Of a DNA stretch of 64,000 nt, positions 38,860-48,729 are shown in pieces. The position numbers and the translations under genes are program-made. This DNA is from Armatimonadota bacterium (GTDB taxonomy: Bacteria; Armatimonadota; HRBIN16). The stretch is from the NCBI GenBank assembly GCA_963677485.1, contig OY781964.1, positions 1,376,001 through 1,440,000 of the forward strand. Direction: 5' to 3'. The first letter of the stretch is position 1, and each line of letters begins with the position of its first letter. The notes under the pieces were generated by a model. That model ran no database searches, had not been told where the DNA came from, and saw only the letters and a program-made list of their open reading frames with translations.

Positions 38860-39335
38860 CGCCGGTCTTGATTGCCACTGTCCGGGGCGGTTTTCCCTAA
38901 CCGCGCCGGTCTTGTTCTCGGAACCAAACCGGACGGGCTAACCGCCAGACCGGCGCGGTCTTGAGCCATCTGCAACCGCTAGACTGCGCACAGACCGCCC
39001 CGGACTTAGGCAACGCTTGCCATAGATCAGCGCCCGCGTCGGTCTTGATTGCCTGTGTCCGGGGCGGTTTTCTCCTAACCGCGCCGGTCTTGTTCTCGAA
39101 ACCAAACCGGGGGGCTAACCGCCAGACCGCCCCGGACTTAGGCAACGCTTGCCATAGACTAGGGCGGTTTTCCCCTAACCGCGCCGGGCTTGATTGCCTA
39201 TGTCCGGGGCGGGTTTTCCCTAACCGCGCCGGTCTTGTTCTCGAAGTCTAGCTGAAAGGCTATCCGCCAGACCGGCGCGGTCTTGAGACTTCTGCAGCCG
39301 CTAACGCCCAGCCAGACCGCCCCGGACATTTGCCC
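38860..39335. repeat. BIME-like mosaic of palindromic repeats between convergent genes
   Basis: Modules gtccggggcgg, taaccgcgccggtcttg, ccgccagaccggcgcggtct and agaccgccccggac, each repeated 2-4 times. Confidence 0.88.
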
Positions 39336-39354
39336 CGATTGAGGATAACAACCA

Positions 39355-40989
39355 TCACTCCGCGTGATCATATATCCGCACATCGGCGATGGCTCCAGAG
39401 AAGTGCTGCTGAGGGCCGAAGCCGATGGTCAGTGGGCTGCTGTTGTCGAGATCATAGGCGGACGGGTCAAACCGGTCGGAGCCGGCACGCAGCACACCGT
39501 TGATGTAGAGCCGTATCTCTCCCCCTTGCTTCACCACCTTGACGTGGCTCCAACCGTCGCCTATATGCTGATCCAGCGTCACACATTCGCCCGCCTTCAT
39601 GGCGAACACCCGCCCCACATCATGATGCGCGGTCGTGCTGGCCCGGCCATGCAGCGTGGAGGTGCCCGCAAACAGTCTGCCGGTAAACACCGTCAGGCAG
39701 GGCACGCGGTTCCACGTCACCGGATCATCGAGCGACCACTCCAACTGGTTGTTCACCAACCGCCGGATGGTGCACCACTCAAAGTCGCGCTCATAGCGAT
39801 AGAGCTCACCAAACGGGATCACACCGGCGTAGAGCTTGCCGTTATACACGGTCAAGTCGTTCACCTCGTTGATCTGCGTACTATCTGTCTCCATGCCCAG
39901 GCAGCCGCAGTCTGACCACTCGCTATCACCCTCGTAGCGCAGCACATGGCCGTATATCCATGTGCCGGCGTGCAGCTTCCCGCGGTAGACTTGCAGGCTG
40001 TGGTTCTGCGTTACACCGAAAGGCTTGTCGCCGATTGACTGCCACTGCCCCACCTGCTCGTCATACACAAAAAAGCCGCCGAAGTTCGAGCCGGCATACC
40101 GGCGGTCGTTGTAGACCATCATGCAGTTGATCTGATCGGTGGCGTTGAGGTTCACCCAGCCGCACATCTCCCAGGCGCGCCCTCCGCAATAGCGGTAGAA
40201 GCGGGCGTGGTCGTCACCGGCATAGAGGTTCTCCTTGAAGGAAGCCAGGCACATCACGCGCAGACCATCACCAAAGCTGCCGCAATCCTCCCACTCGGTG
40301 CCGCCCAGATAGCGGAACACGCGGTTCGCTCCGCCGATGCCCAGGAAGGTCTTATCCCAGTCCCAGGTACCCGTGCCGGCATACAGCGCCTCCTGATGCA
40401 CCACCATCGAATGCACGCTGTGGTTGCGGTCATCGTGGCCCAGTTTGCCGCAGTCCACCCAGTTCTGCCCGCCGGCGTAGCGATACACACGGCAGTAGTC
40501 CTCAAGCCGTTCCGCATCGGCGATACCGGTGTAAAGCCCGCCGTTGTAGACGGTGAGGGTGCTGATCAGCGTGTTGCTGTCCAGCGGCTTCCCGCAGTCT
40601 TCCCAGACCGGCTCGGTGCCTGAGTCAATGCCGAAGCCCACGCTTTTCAGTGCGCCGATAAAGTTGTATCCCGGTGAGCTGGAGTGCAGGAACAGATTGA
40701 AGCCTCGCCGATGCTGGTCATCGAACTTGCTGATGATAGCACCCGGCGCGTTGCTCACCCCAGGAGCGGGTGACACCCAGCACGAGATGGTGAAATCCCC
40801 TTTGCCCAGACTAAATCTTGCGTCGTGTGGCACGGTGATCACCGATCCGCTGCTGCCATCGAACCGCGCGGCACCATTCGCGCGTCCATCCACGCCAGCA
40901 GTGAACTCTACGTGGTGGCTGACCGCTTCCTCACCACTGACCACATCACGGAAGTGCCCATCCAACGGATAGTGTGCAATAAGTGCCAT
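39355..40989 (-). CDS. Split LamG/ConA-like domain flanking a beta-propeller
   Basis: N-terminal HYPLDG...DFTISCWV, C-terminal LYING...FSGAIADVRIY, and repeated L.VY.G.LYAG..W.DCG blades. Confidence 0.8.
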   Translation of the reverse strand: MALIAHYPLDGHFRDVVSGEEAVSHHVEFTAGVDGRANGAARFDGSSGSVITVPHDARFSLGKGDFTISCWVSPAPGVSNAPGAIISKFDDQHRRGFNLFLHSSSPGYNFIGALKSVGFGIDSGTEPVWEDCGKPLDSNTLISTLTVYNGGLYTGIADAERLEDYCRVYRYAGGQNWVDCGKLGHDDRNHSVHSMVVHQEALYAGTGTWDWDKTFLGIGGANRVFRYLGGTEWEDCGSFGDGLRVMCLASFKENLYAGDDHARFYRYCGGRAWEMCGWVNLNATDQINCMMVYNDRRYAGSNFGGFFVYDEQVGQWQSIGDKPFGVTQNHSLQVYRGKLHAGTWIYGHVLRYEGDSEWSDCGCLGMETDSTQINEVNDLTVYNGKLYAGVIPFGELYRYERDFEWCTIRRLVNNQLEWSLDDPVTWNRVPCLTVFTGRLFAGTSTLHGRASTTAHHDVGRVFAMKAGECVTLDQHIGDGWSHVKVVKQGGEIRLYINGVLRAGSDRFDPSAYDLDNSSPLTIGFGPQQHFSGAIADVRIYDHAE

Positions 40990-40990
40990 A

Positions 40991-41950
40991 CTAACCCTGC
41001 TTTCCCGACAACTCGAGATATAGTTTCGAGACGCTCTGCCACACCAGCAGCGGGTTGGTACTCTGCTCATTGGTGCCCAGTGCCCCCATGTAGCTCCATG
41101 TGTAGAAGCTGTCATGACCGGTTCTCGCCAGGCGAAGGCCGCCTTCGTATAGCTCCTGCTCCTTGCCGTCAGGGATGAACCAGCCCTGAAGCCAGATGTG
41201 CGAGTTCTTGTTGTGTTGCACCGCCAAACTGCGGCAGCGAGTGCATATCTCCACGCTTTGATCGATCGTCAAGTGTGCCTCTTTGAGGAACCAGTAGGTG
41301 TCGGTGCCGAAGTTGTCCAGCTCGCCGATCTCCACGATCTGCTGCCACATCGCCTCATCGTGGGGCATCAGGCAAGCCATCGTCTCCATGTCGGGATGAG
41401 TCCGCTTGACCCCCTTACACAACGCGGCCACATAGTCGATGCAGTTATGACGCAGGAACCGCTGCATCTCCGGGCTGCGGGCATCGGCACCAAGCTCTGC
41501 GTGGTAGAGCTCTCGATACTTCGTCCGGCAGTGGTGACACCAGCACGGCTGCGTGGTGGGCTCATCTATGAAGATGCTCTCGAAACCGGCTTGATAGAGC
41601 TTGTCGGCGATCTCCAGAAAGCGCGTGATGATTTTAGGGTTGTTGTAGCAGGCCAGAGGAACCAGATTACCGCTGTGGTCGCGCACCCACATCTCGGTGT
41701 CATCCAGCATCAGCCGCGAGATGCGTCCCCCACCGAAGGTGTTGGCGTAGCCCCACACCGCTGCCATGGGCTTGAGGCCATGAGCCTTGGCAAGGTCCGG
41801 GCCATACTTCCACGCACCCTCTAGTATAAAGATGTTGTTTTCAGACATGGCATACAGCACCTGGTTACAGCCGATGCGGCTCATCTCTTTCATGTCGGTC
41901 TCGAGGTGCTGCGGCAGATGCGCAGGGATGTAGCTGACTCCAAGGTTCAC
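40991..41950 (-). CDS. Putative TIM-barrel glycoside hydrolase
   Basis: GGAGG before GTG 41950; IFIDEP, CWCHHC, GTDTYW. Confidence 0.7.
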   Translation of the reverse strand: MNLGVSYIPAHLPQHLETDMKEMSRIGCNQVLYAMSENNIFILEGAWKYGPDLAKAHGLKPMAAVWGYANTFGGGRISRLMLDDTEMWVRDHSGNLVPLACYNNPKIITRFLEIADKLYQAGFESIFIDEPTTQPCWCHHCRTKYRELYHAELGADARSPEMQRFLRHNCIDYVAALCKGVKRTHPDMETMACLMPHDEAMWQQIVEIGELDNFGTDTYWFLKEAHLTIDQSVEICTRCRSLAVQHNKNSHIWLQGWFIPDGKEQELYEGGLRLARTGHDSFYTWSYMGALGTNEQSTNPLLVWQSVSKLYLELSGKQG

Positions 41951-42087
41951 GGCGATGCCTCCAGATATGGTGTGCGTGTCGCCCCCGATGCCAGCGTCCG
42001 CCAGTTGTATGATGCTCCAGTGCGTGCGTTGGTTCAAGAGCAGGGAGATGACCCACAAATCCAGATAGGGATCGTATCGACCATGTG

Positions 42088-42224
42088 CCGCGACATCAAT
42101 GTCTCGGCTATTGATCAACAAGCCCGCTAAACCGGGCTGAGGAGCTACTTGCGGACAAAGATAACGTTAATGAAGACTGCTTCAGCAGGCTTGGTGTCCA
42201 ATAGCCGAGACATTTATGTCGCGG
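42088..42224. repeat. Inverted REP-like pair
   Basis: 26-bp IR with 1 mismatch: ccgcgacatcaatgtctcggctattg / caatagccgagacatttatgtcgcgg. Confidence 0.75.
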
Positions 42225-42447
42225 TATCGGTGACCTACTGCCCATGAGCTATCCGTGGGTAATAGACTGGGTTCAAGACCATAGCGAATACTGAAGCAGT
42301 ATATGTAATATATGATACTTTCTTCTCTTTTGTGGGTATAATTATTTACACATCATCACTGAGCACTCAAGCAGAAAACGCGCTGGTTTGATCAGGCGTG
42401 ACACCTGCGGTCTGTTCTGGATAAGTTCCTACAGAGGAGGCTCCATC

Positions 42448-43350
42448 ATGGGCACCAATCGAATCGCCCTTCTGATCTCCGGCGGATTACTCGCGTTGTT
42501 CAGCTTCACCCTCCCGATAGCTCCAGCTCAGGCTCAGAATGACCTGCGCAGTATCGCTACGCAGATCGTCAGCGAGATGACCAAAGACCCACAACTGGCG
42601 GCTTTGAAAGGCAAAAAGCTGCTCATCGCCGAGTTTGACAACCTCGGCGGGCAGCCCGATTCCACTCCACATATGTTTGAAGGGATGCTGACCACCGCGA
42701 TGGTAAAGTCACTACATTTCAAGGTGGTGGATAGGGCTCTGCTTGAGAAGTGCCTCAAGAAGAATGGCCTGAGTATGCGCACCCTGTCTGACCCAGAAAA
42801 CGCCAAGAAGGTCGGCAAATTGCTTGGAGCACCTTACCTCATAGTCGGGGACATCTCGGCGATTGGTAGCAGCATCTCCGTAGATGCACGGGTTGTCAGC
42901 ATCGAGACCTTCGACTGCATCGCAGCCTGTTTCGCGGGGAATGCACTTGTGCCGGGTCAGCCTTCAGCCAACTCCAGCGATACGAATGGGGCAGACAAGC
43001 CCACGGCAGCTTATACCTCCCTCATCATCAACGCCGGAGAATTCACGCTCAAACGGGTGATGGCACCGAAAATCCGCCTGGCCGATGGCTCCGAAATCTG
43101 GGGCTTCGTGGAGGGCGATCTAGACTGGATATCCGAAAACGGGATGGTCTCCTACGCCGCCAGCCTCGATCAAGCCATGGCAGACAAGCGCGCTGGCAAC
43201 AATCCGCTGATCATCAACGCCACTGGGGTATACGATAGCCCAGGTAAGAGCGATCCGGTGGTAGACGAGGCCGACGCAAAGATCATCGAAGAGGCCAACA
43301 AAGTTTCGAAATTCCTGACCAAGTATAAGGTGGTCTTTGTCTCCAAATAG
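42448..43350 (+). CDS. Exported FlgO/CsgG-like domain protein
   Basis: GAGGAGG, signal peptide, FKVVDR..L...L...GKLLGA..L..G...DARVV.IET; second domain YTSLIINA...RAGNNPLII. Confidence 0.75.
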   Translation: MGTNRIALLISGGLLALFSFTLPIAPAQAQNDLRSIATQIVSEMTKDPQLAALKGKKLLIAEFDNLGGQPDSTPHMFEGMLTTAMVKSLHFKVVDRALLEKCLKKNGLSMRTLSDPENAKKVGKLLGAPYLIVGDISAIGSSISVDARVVSIETFDCIAACFAGNALVPGQPSANSSDTNGADKPTAAYTSLIINAGEFTLKRVMAPKIRLADGSEIWGFVEGDLDWISENGMVSYAASLDQAMADKRAGNNPLIINATGVYDSPGKSDPVVDEADAKIIEEANKVSKFLTKYKVVFVSK

Positions 43351-43442
43351 ACAACTTCATTCGACATAACTCGGAAACACCTTCACTGGGCTGCCCTTGA
43401 TGCGGTTCGTGGTGTATAATTTCACCAGAACACATCCAACCG

Positions 43443-44840
43443 ATGAAGGTGAGAGTCATGGCATCTGCATCAAAGCAACGCCCTAACGTAATCTGTATAC
43501 TGGCCGACGACATGGGTTGGATGGACACCAGCCTGTATGGCAGCCAGTTCCATCGCACACCTCACATCGATGCCCTGATGCGCCGCGGGATGCGCTTCAC
43601 AAACGCCTACGCTGCCAACCCGCTCTGCTCGCCCACACGGGCCAGCATTGCCACCGGTTTATGGCCCTCACGTATTGGCCTCACCACCCCGGCAGGGCAC
43701 CTTCCGCAGGTGGTGCTGGAGCAGACGGTGCCAGAAAAAGGCGGACCGAATGCCCGAATGTGCGAGCCTAACAGCCTGACCCGACTTAAGCAAGAGTATT
43801 TCACGCTGGCGGAGGCCTTCAAGCAGGCCGGTTACAACACGGCCCACATCGGCAAGTGGCACCTGGGCAGTGAGCCCTACGATCCGCTGCATCAGGGTTA
43901 TGATGTTGACATCCCGCACACACCCGGCCCAGGACCCACCAGCTACTTCGGCCCGTGGAAATACCCCACCTACAAGGGTAAGAAGGGCGAACACCTGGAA
44001 GACGCCATGTCGAGTTGTGCCTGCGAGTACATCCGTACTCATCGCGATGAGCCGTTCTTCATGGCGTACTGGGCATTTTCTGTTCATGCGCCGTTCCAGG
44101 CGAAAGAAGATTTGATGGAGATCTACAGACTGCGGGCAGATGCCAAAAATCCCCAGCGTAACCCGATTATGGGGGCCATGCTGGCCTCATTTGATCAGGC
44201 GATCGGCAAGCTGATGAGCTCCCTGCGCGAGAACGGACTGGAAGAGAACACCATCATCCTGTTCCTGAGTGACAACGGCGGGATGATGTATGAGACACCT
44301 GGCGGGGTGGTCACCACCAGCAACGCCCCTCTGCGCGGCGGTAAAGCCACCATCTACGAGGGCGGTACTCGGGTTCCCTGGGCGGTGATCTGGCCCGGGC
44401 ATATCAAGCCGAACAGCGTGAACAACACGGACATCATTCAGAGCATTGATGTGTTCCCCACGCTGGCCGATATCTGTCATCTGCCCGAGCCGGACTATCC
44501 CATGGACGGCATCAGCATCGCCCCGGCGTTGATGGGCCAGCGTCTGAAGCGCGACACCATCTTCTGCCACTTCCCGCATACCGTCGCCGCGACCTTTTCC
44601 CCGGCCGCCAGTTACGTTCGCGAAGGCGACTGGAAGCTGGTGCGGGTGTATTGCATCAACGACGACGGCAGCGACCGGCTGGAGCTCTACAACTTGAAGC
44701 ATGACCTCAGCGAGGTTCGCGATGTCGCCGCAAAATACCCGGATGTTGTCAAGCGGCTGTACAAGAAGATGGATGGCTTCATCAAGCAAAGCGGCTCCAA
44801 GCTGCCGCACATGAACCCCAACTGGAAGCCGAAGGGATAG
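43443..44840 (+). CDS. Cys-type sulfatase (S1 family)
   Basis: PNVI.ILADDMG, CSPTRAS, GKWHLG, SDNGG, YEGGTRVP. Confidence 0.95.
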   Translation: MKVRVMASASKQRPNVICILADDMGWMDTSLYGSQFHRTPHIDALMRRGMRFTNAYAANPLCSPTRASIATGLWPSRIGLTTPAGHLPQVVLEQTVPEKGGPNARMCEPNSLTRLKQEYFTLAEAFKQAGYNTAHIGKWHLGSEPYDPLHQGYDVDIPHTPGPGPTSYFGPWKYPTYKGKKGEHLEDAMSSCACEYIRTHRDEPFFMAYWAFSVHAPFQAKEDLMEIYRLRADAKNPQRNPIMGAMLASFDQAIGKLMSSLRENGLEENTIILFLSDNGGMMYETPGGVVTTSNAPLRGGKATIYEGGTRVPWAVIWPGHIKPNSVNNTDIIQSIDVFPTLADICHLPEPDYPMDGISIAPALMGQRLKRDTIFCHFPHTVAATFSPAASYVREGDWKLVRVYCINDDGSDRLELYNLKHDLSEVRDVAAKYPDVVKRLYKKMDGFIKQSGSKLPHMNPNWKPKG

Positions 44841-45222
44841 CAGTTGAGCGAAGGAGTCCGGAGGGTAATTGACGCTCTGCGGTCGTTGCTCTCAGGCCTG
44901 CAAAACTCCTCCTGGGTGTTTAGTATCGCCAGGCGATACTATTTGCTGGGTTGTTACGCGAATTTGATGGGTCTTGTAAATATAAACTACCTGCTTTTCT
45001 GCACTGGTGACTGTCCTTTTTAATTTGCGTTGTTAAAACCGCCACTTCGGTCACTTCATGGTCTTGACAACGTAAATGAAAAAGGGTACATATACTTCAT
45101 AGCTGAACATGAAATATCGATGTTCGCTTACCTCCAACAACCAAATAGCAAGTAAATAACCAAGGAATATGGTGAAATGTCCATATCCTCAATCTAGCTA
45201 ATAAGGAAGTAAGTGCAACACA

Positions 45223-45951
45223 ATGAACAATGCTGTTTTTCTAACTGGCCTGGTGGCTACAGGCACGCTTTTCGCGGTGGCGTCTCACGCGGTCGAATCC
45301 TACGACATGTGGTTTGGCGATGCCGCCGGTGCTCCCATCACATCCGTTAATGTTGATACTGGCGGCAGTGTCGAACTATCTATGTGGGCTAGTTCCGATG
45401 AGGCCGTCAACATGGTCGAAGCGCGATGGGCGCTGAAAGACGGTCTGGATTTCCCTCTTGACAGAGCGTCCATTGTGTTTTGCCAATCCGCTGGCGGATC
45501 CTCTGGTGACCTCAAATCCAAAGACTTTTCAGCGGTGACAGCGGAAGAGGCAACTGCAGGATATGTGCATGCGGCAGGGCTGAGTTGGTACTCATCAGTT
45601 TCTGCCCGTGATGATCCTTCTGATAATCCCATCTACAATCCTGGTGGTACACCAGGGGCGAAATTCAAGGTCTTCACATTTACCGTAACTAACAGCTCCC
45701 TGACAGCAGGCCAAAGCAGTATGATTTCGTTATTGGCCGCCGGAGGTACGCAAGACACATCGATGTTTCAACACATTGCTTACAATGGCGGCACTACTGA
45801 CAATACTTACACTCTATTCCAACCGAGCAAACAGTACGATGTCCGAATTAACGCTATACCAGAGCCAGGCAGCCTGGCAGGCATGGCTGCGGCAGGGGTG
45901 GGAGTGCTGGTGCCCAGGTTGAAGCGACGTATAAAACACCGCTCCGGTTGA
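45223..45951 (+). CDS. PEP-CTERM-anchored surface protein with a beta-sandwich (possibly cohesin-like) domain
   Basis: Signal peptide; C-terminal IPEPGS, hydrophobic stretch, then RLKRR. Confidence 0.8.
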   Translation: MNNAVFLTGLVATGTLFAVASHAVESYDMWFGDAAGAPITSVNVDTGGSVELSMWASSDEAVNMVEARWALKDGLDFPLDRASIVFCQSAGGSSGDLKSKDFSAVTAEEATAGYVHAAGLSWYSSVSARDDPSDNPIYNPGGTPGAKFKVFTFTVTNSSLTAGQSSMISLLAAGGTQDTSMFQHIAYNGGTTDNTYTLFQPSKQYDVRINAIPEPGSLAGMAAAGVGVLVPRLKRRIKHRSG

Positions 45952-46056
45952 GGCAGCTATCCGCCTCCAAACCTCAGGCCATAAACGGCATATTCAGTGA
46001 GAAGTTTGGTGAGTTTTTGACTTACCTGCTATCTAGCGATCGAAGGAGACCTAACC

Positions 46057-47964
46057 ATGAGCCGAGTATCTGCATTTGTCTTTTCAACGTGTTTTACCGC
46101 ACTTACTCTTCATGCCTTGACACTGCCTGCGCATGCCGCTGCACCAACTATTACATCTTTCACACCAACCAGCGGTCCGGTTGGGACGAATCCTGTTACC
46201 ATAACCGGCACCGGCTTCACTTCAGGCTCGCTGTCAGTAAAATTCAACGGCACCTCAGCATTAACAAAAACGTTCGTAAATAGTACAACAGTCACCGCTA
46301 AAGTGCCCTCTGACGCGACCACCGGTCCGATATCCGTCACAGCGACAGGCGGCACGGCGACGAGTGTGGCTTACTTCTACTTGCCTCCGACTGTAGGCAC
46401 CGTTACCAGCGGAGCAGTCGGTGCTGTCGTCACTATTCCCGGCACCAACTTTACAGGTGCGACTGTTGTGACATTCAATGGAACAAGTGCGTCCAACTTC
46501 ACAGTGGTAAGCAACACATCAATCACAGCCACCGTACCCGAATACGCGACAACTGGTAAAATATCCGTCACCACACCAGGCGGTACGGCAACGAGCTCGG
46601 GTAACTTTACTGTCAATTACGATGCTCCCACTATCACCTCATTCACACCAGTAGGCGGAGTGGCAGGTACCACACCAGTCACCATTACCGGCACCGGGTT
46701 TGTATCTGTGTTATCGCTGGCATTTAACGGCACGAATGCGCCCACCTTTACAGTGGACAGTAACACATCCATCACCGTCACAGTGCCCATAAGTGCGACT
46801 TCCGGTATAATATCTGTCACCACACCAGGCGGCACTGCAACGAGCGTAAGCTTCGGAGTGTACGTTGCGACCTCACTGCAGGTCAACGTCACCGCCGGTG
46901 ATCTATATGCACACCCACGCAGTGGTATCACGCTCAATTACATCCTCAGCGGGCCCCAATACTACACCGGCACGTTGCCAGTTGGCGGTGGTGAAATAAC
47001 GGATATTATGCCCGGTAGTTACCACTTAACTATTACCGGAGGCCACTGGCTCAAACGCACTATTACAGGTATCACAGTGGATGGTGTGAACGTCATCAAC
47101 ACATCGCTCGCTAACGGCGATGCTGATGGCGGAAACAGCGTCAACCTGTTTGATTTCACCGTCCTAGATAGCAAGTTTCGCAGTGTTGTTGACACTATGG
47201 CTGACCTGGATGGTGACGGCCACGTAAATCTGATGGACTACGTGATTATTGATAAAAACTTCGGAGCTCTTGGTGATACAAATAACCCTGTCGATGGTGC
47301 TGAGATGGTTTGGGTACCCGCGGGTGATTTTACCATGGGGGATGACGCATATCAAACTTCACAATACGCGCATACCGTGACTCTGGATGGCTTCTGGATG
47401 TATAAATACGAGGTGACCGTGGCTCAATACCGTCAGTTCTGCACAGCGACTGCCAGAGCAATGCCCACAGCACCGACTGGAGGCTGGCTAGAAGACCATC
47501 CCATAGTTAATGTAAATTGGGCAGACGCTACAGCCTACTGCACTTGGGCAGGCATGAGCTTGCCCACAGAAGCGCAATGGGAAAAGGCTGCGCGCAGTGC
47601 CGATACACGACTATATCCCTGGGGTGACACGTGGGATGAGACCAAGTGTACCAATGGCACCGTATCTGTTACGTCCTCAAGGCCCGTGGGCAGTTTTCCA
47701 GCGGGTGTCAGTCCGTATGGTTGTATGGATATGGCCGGCAACGTGGAAGAATGGTGTAGTGATTGGTGGAAATCAGGCTATACCGACGAACCCACCATCA
47801 ATCCGACAGGTCCCACTACTGGCACCAATTCATACAAAGTGGTGCGCGGGGGTGGGTGGAATTCGATAGCTATGGACTCCTTCCAATGCGCCCGCCGGGC
47901 TATCGGTTACTCCAAAGCGGCAATTCAACCATACCGCGGGTTTCGCTGTGCCAAGACTCCTTAG
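46057..47964 (+). CDS. Exported IPT/TIG x3 + dockerin-like + FGE-sulfatase (C-type lectin fold) protein
   Basis: APTITSFTP repeats; GDADGGNSVNLFDF...ADLDGDGHVNLMDY; EVTVAQY, LPTEAQWEKAAR, DMAGNV.EW, RGGGW, GFRC. Confidence 0.88.
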   Translation: MSRVSAFVFSTCFTALTLHALTLPAHAAAPTITSFTPTSGPVGTNPVTITGTGFTSGSLSVKFNGTSALTKTFVNSTTVTAKVPSDATTGPISVTATGGTATSVAYFYLPPTVGTVTSGAVGAVVTIPGTNFTGATVVTFNGTSASNFTVVSNTSITATVPEYATTGKISVTTPGGTATSSGNFTVNYDAPTITSFTPVGGVAGTTPVTITGTGFVSVLSLAFNGTNAPTFTVDSNTSITVTVPISATSGIISVTTPGGTATSVSFGVYVATSLQVNVTAGDLYAHPRSGITLNYILSGPQYYTGTLPVGGGEITDIMPGSYHLTITGGHWLKRTITGITVDGVNVINTSLANGDADGGNSVNLFDFTVLDSKFRSVVDTMADLDGDGHVNLMDYVIIDKNFGALGDTNNPVDGAEMVWVPAGDFTMGDDAYQTSQYAHTVTLDGFWMYKYEVTVAQYRQFCTATARAMPTAPTGGWLEDHPIVNVNWADATAYCTWAGMSLPTEAQWEKAARSADTRLYPWGDTWDETKCTNGTVSVTSSRPVGSFPAGVSPYGCMDMAGNVEEWCSDWWKSGYTDEPTINPTGPTTGTNSYKVVRGGGWNSIAMDSFQCARRAIGYSKAAIQPYRGFRCAKTP

Positions 47965-47973
47965 TAGTTAAAC

Positions 47974-48006
47974 GCCCGCCTGGCCGCATACTGCGGTCAG
48001 GCGGGC
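47974..48006 (+). terminator. GC-rich 15-bp hairpin after the FGE-domain gene
   Basis: gcccgcctggccgca-tac-tgcggtcaggcgggc; no U-tract. Confidence 0.45.
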
Positions 48007-48213
48007 TACGGGCCTGAGGATTCGCAACTCATCCCATCCTCGGTAAAACTGAGTTCCGCAGTTCGCATGGTGAATGAACCGGTTTTGTGATCAGGACGGC
48101 ATTTCAAATGCCTGTATTTTGCCTGGCGATCAACAACAATAACTCATCGTAAAGTCGTTAGATATCCGTGAATAACCTATCAACTGAGGAACTCGGGCTA
48201 ATCACCACAGCCG

Positions 48214-48470
48214 TCATCCCAAGCGCCTGGCCGCCCGCACACGAAAAACATGGGTGCGGATATCCGCCATCTCGAAAGCGATCACCGACACTCCGTGCCA
48301 CTCCAAAGGACGGTCGACAAACAGCTCCTCCACATCACAAGGCTGACCCAGCTTGATGCTCTTTTGGCCAGGATGGTTGCTGTGGATGGTGATGGTTCCG
48401 TTGCCGGCGTAACACGCCGTTTCGACGTTTGATCTCGCATCGGGGAAATCTGTTCGGGAGTGCGGGTCTG
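48214..48470 (-). pseudogene. Orphan 3' fragment of a glycoside-hydrolase-type gene
   Basis: Startless open frame ...ACYAGNGTITIHSNHPGQKSIKLGQPCDVEELF...THVFRV, resembling C-terminal beta domains of beta-galactosidase-like proteins; closed upstream by TGA. Confidence 0.5.
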
Positions 48471-48729
48471 TTCATTTGTTAAGCCTCATACCGGTGGATT
48501 TATCATGTGATGACCGTTCAACAATCAATCTACCACGCTTTACCGGTAGATTCGTGAATATGGATAGAACATCCCACTGCATGGATTTCCGTGCTAAACT
48601 AGAAATCAGGCCATGCTGTGCCACCGAATCAGCCCGCAGATAGGCCAAAGTAAATAAGGATGCGGTACGCTGGCCGCACCACCAACATTTTCTCTATGAG
48701 CTTCGAGCGAACCCCCTGGAGGAGTAACC

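Noticed and set aside
38860-39335. CRISPR array
   Set aside because: Units occur in both orientations with conserved rather than unique linkers, spacing is irregular, and no cas genes are present.
43443-47964. FGE-domain protein as the maturation enzyme for the adjacent sulfatase
   Set aside because: It lacks the catalytic cysteine motif of true formylglycine-generating enzymes and is an exported multi-domain protein.
47830-48010. FGE/C-type-lectin C-terminus plus downstream hairpin as a diversity-generating retroelement target
   Set aside because: No reverse transcriptase or template repeat in the window, and many variable-position codons end in A/G rather than the NNY pattern expected from AAY templates. 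A remote template cannot be excluded without a genome search.
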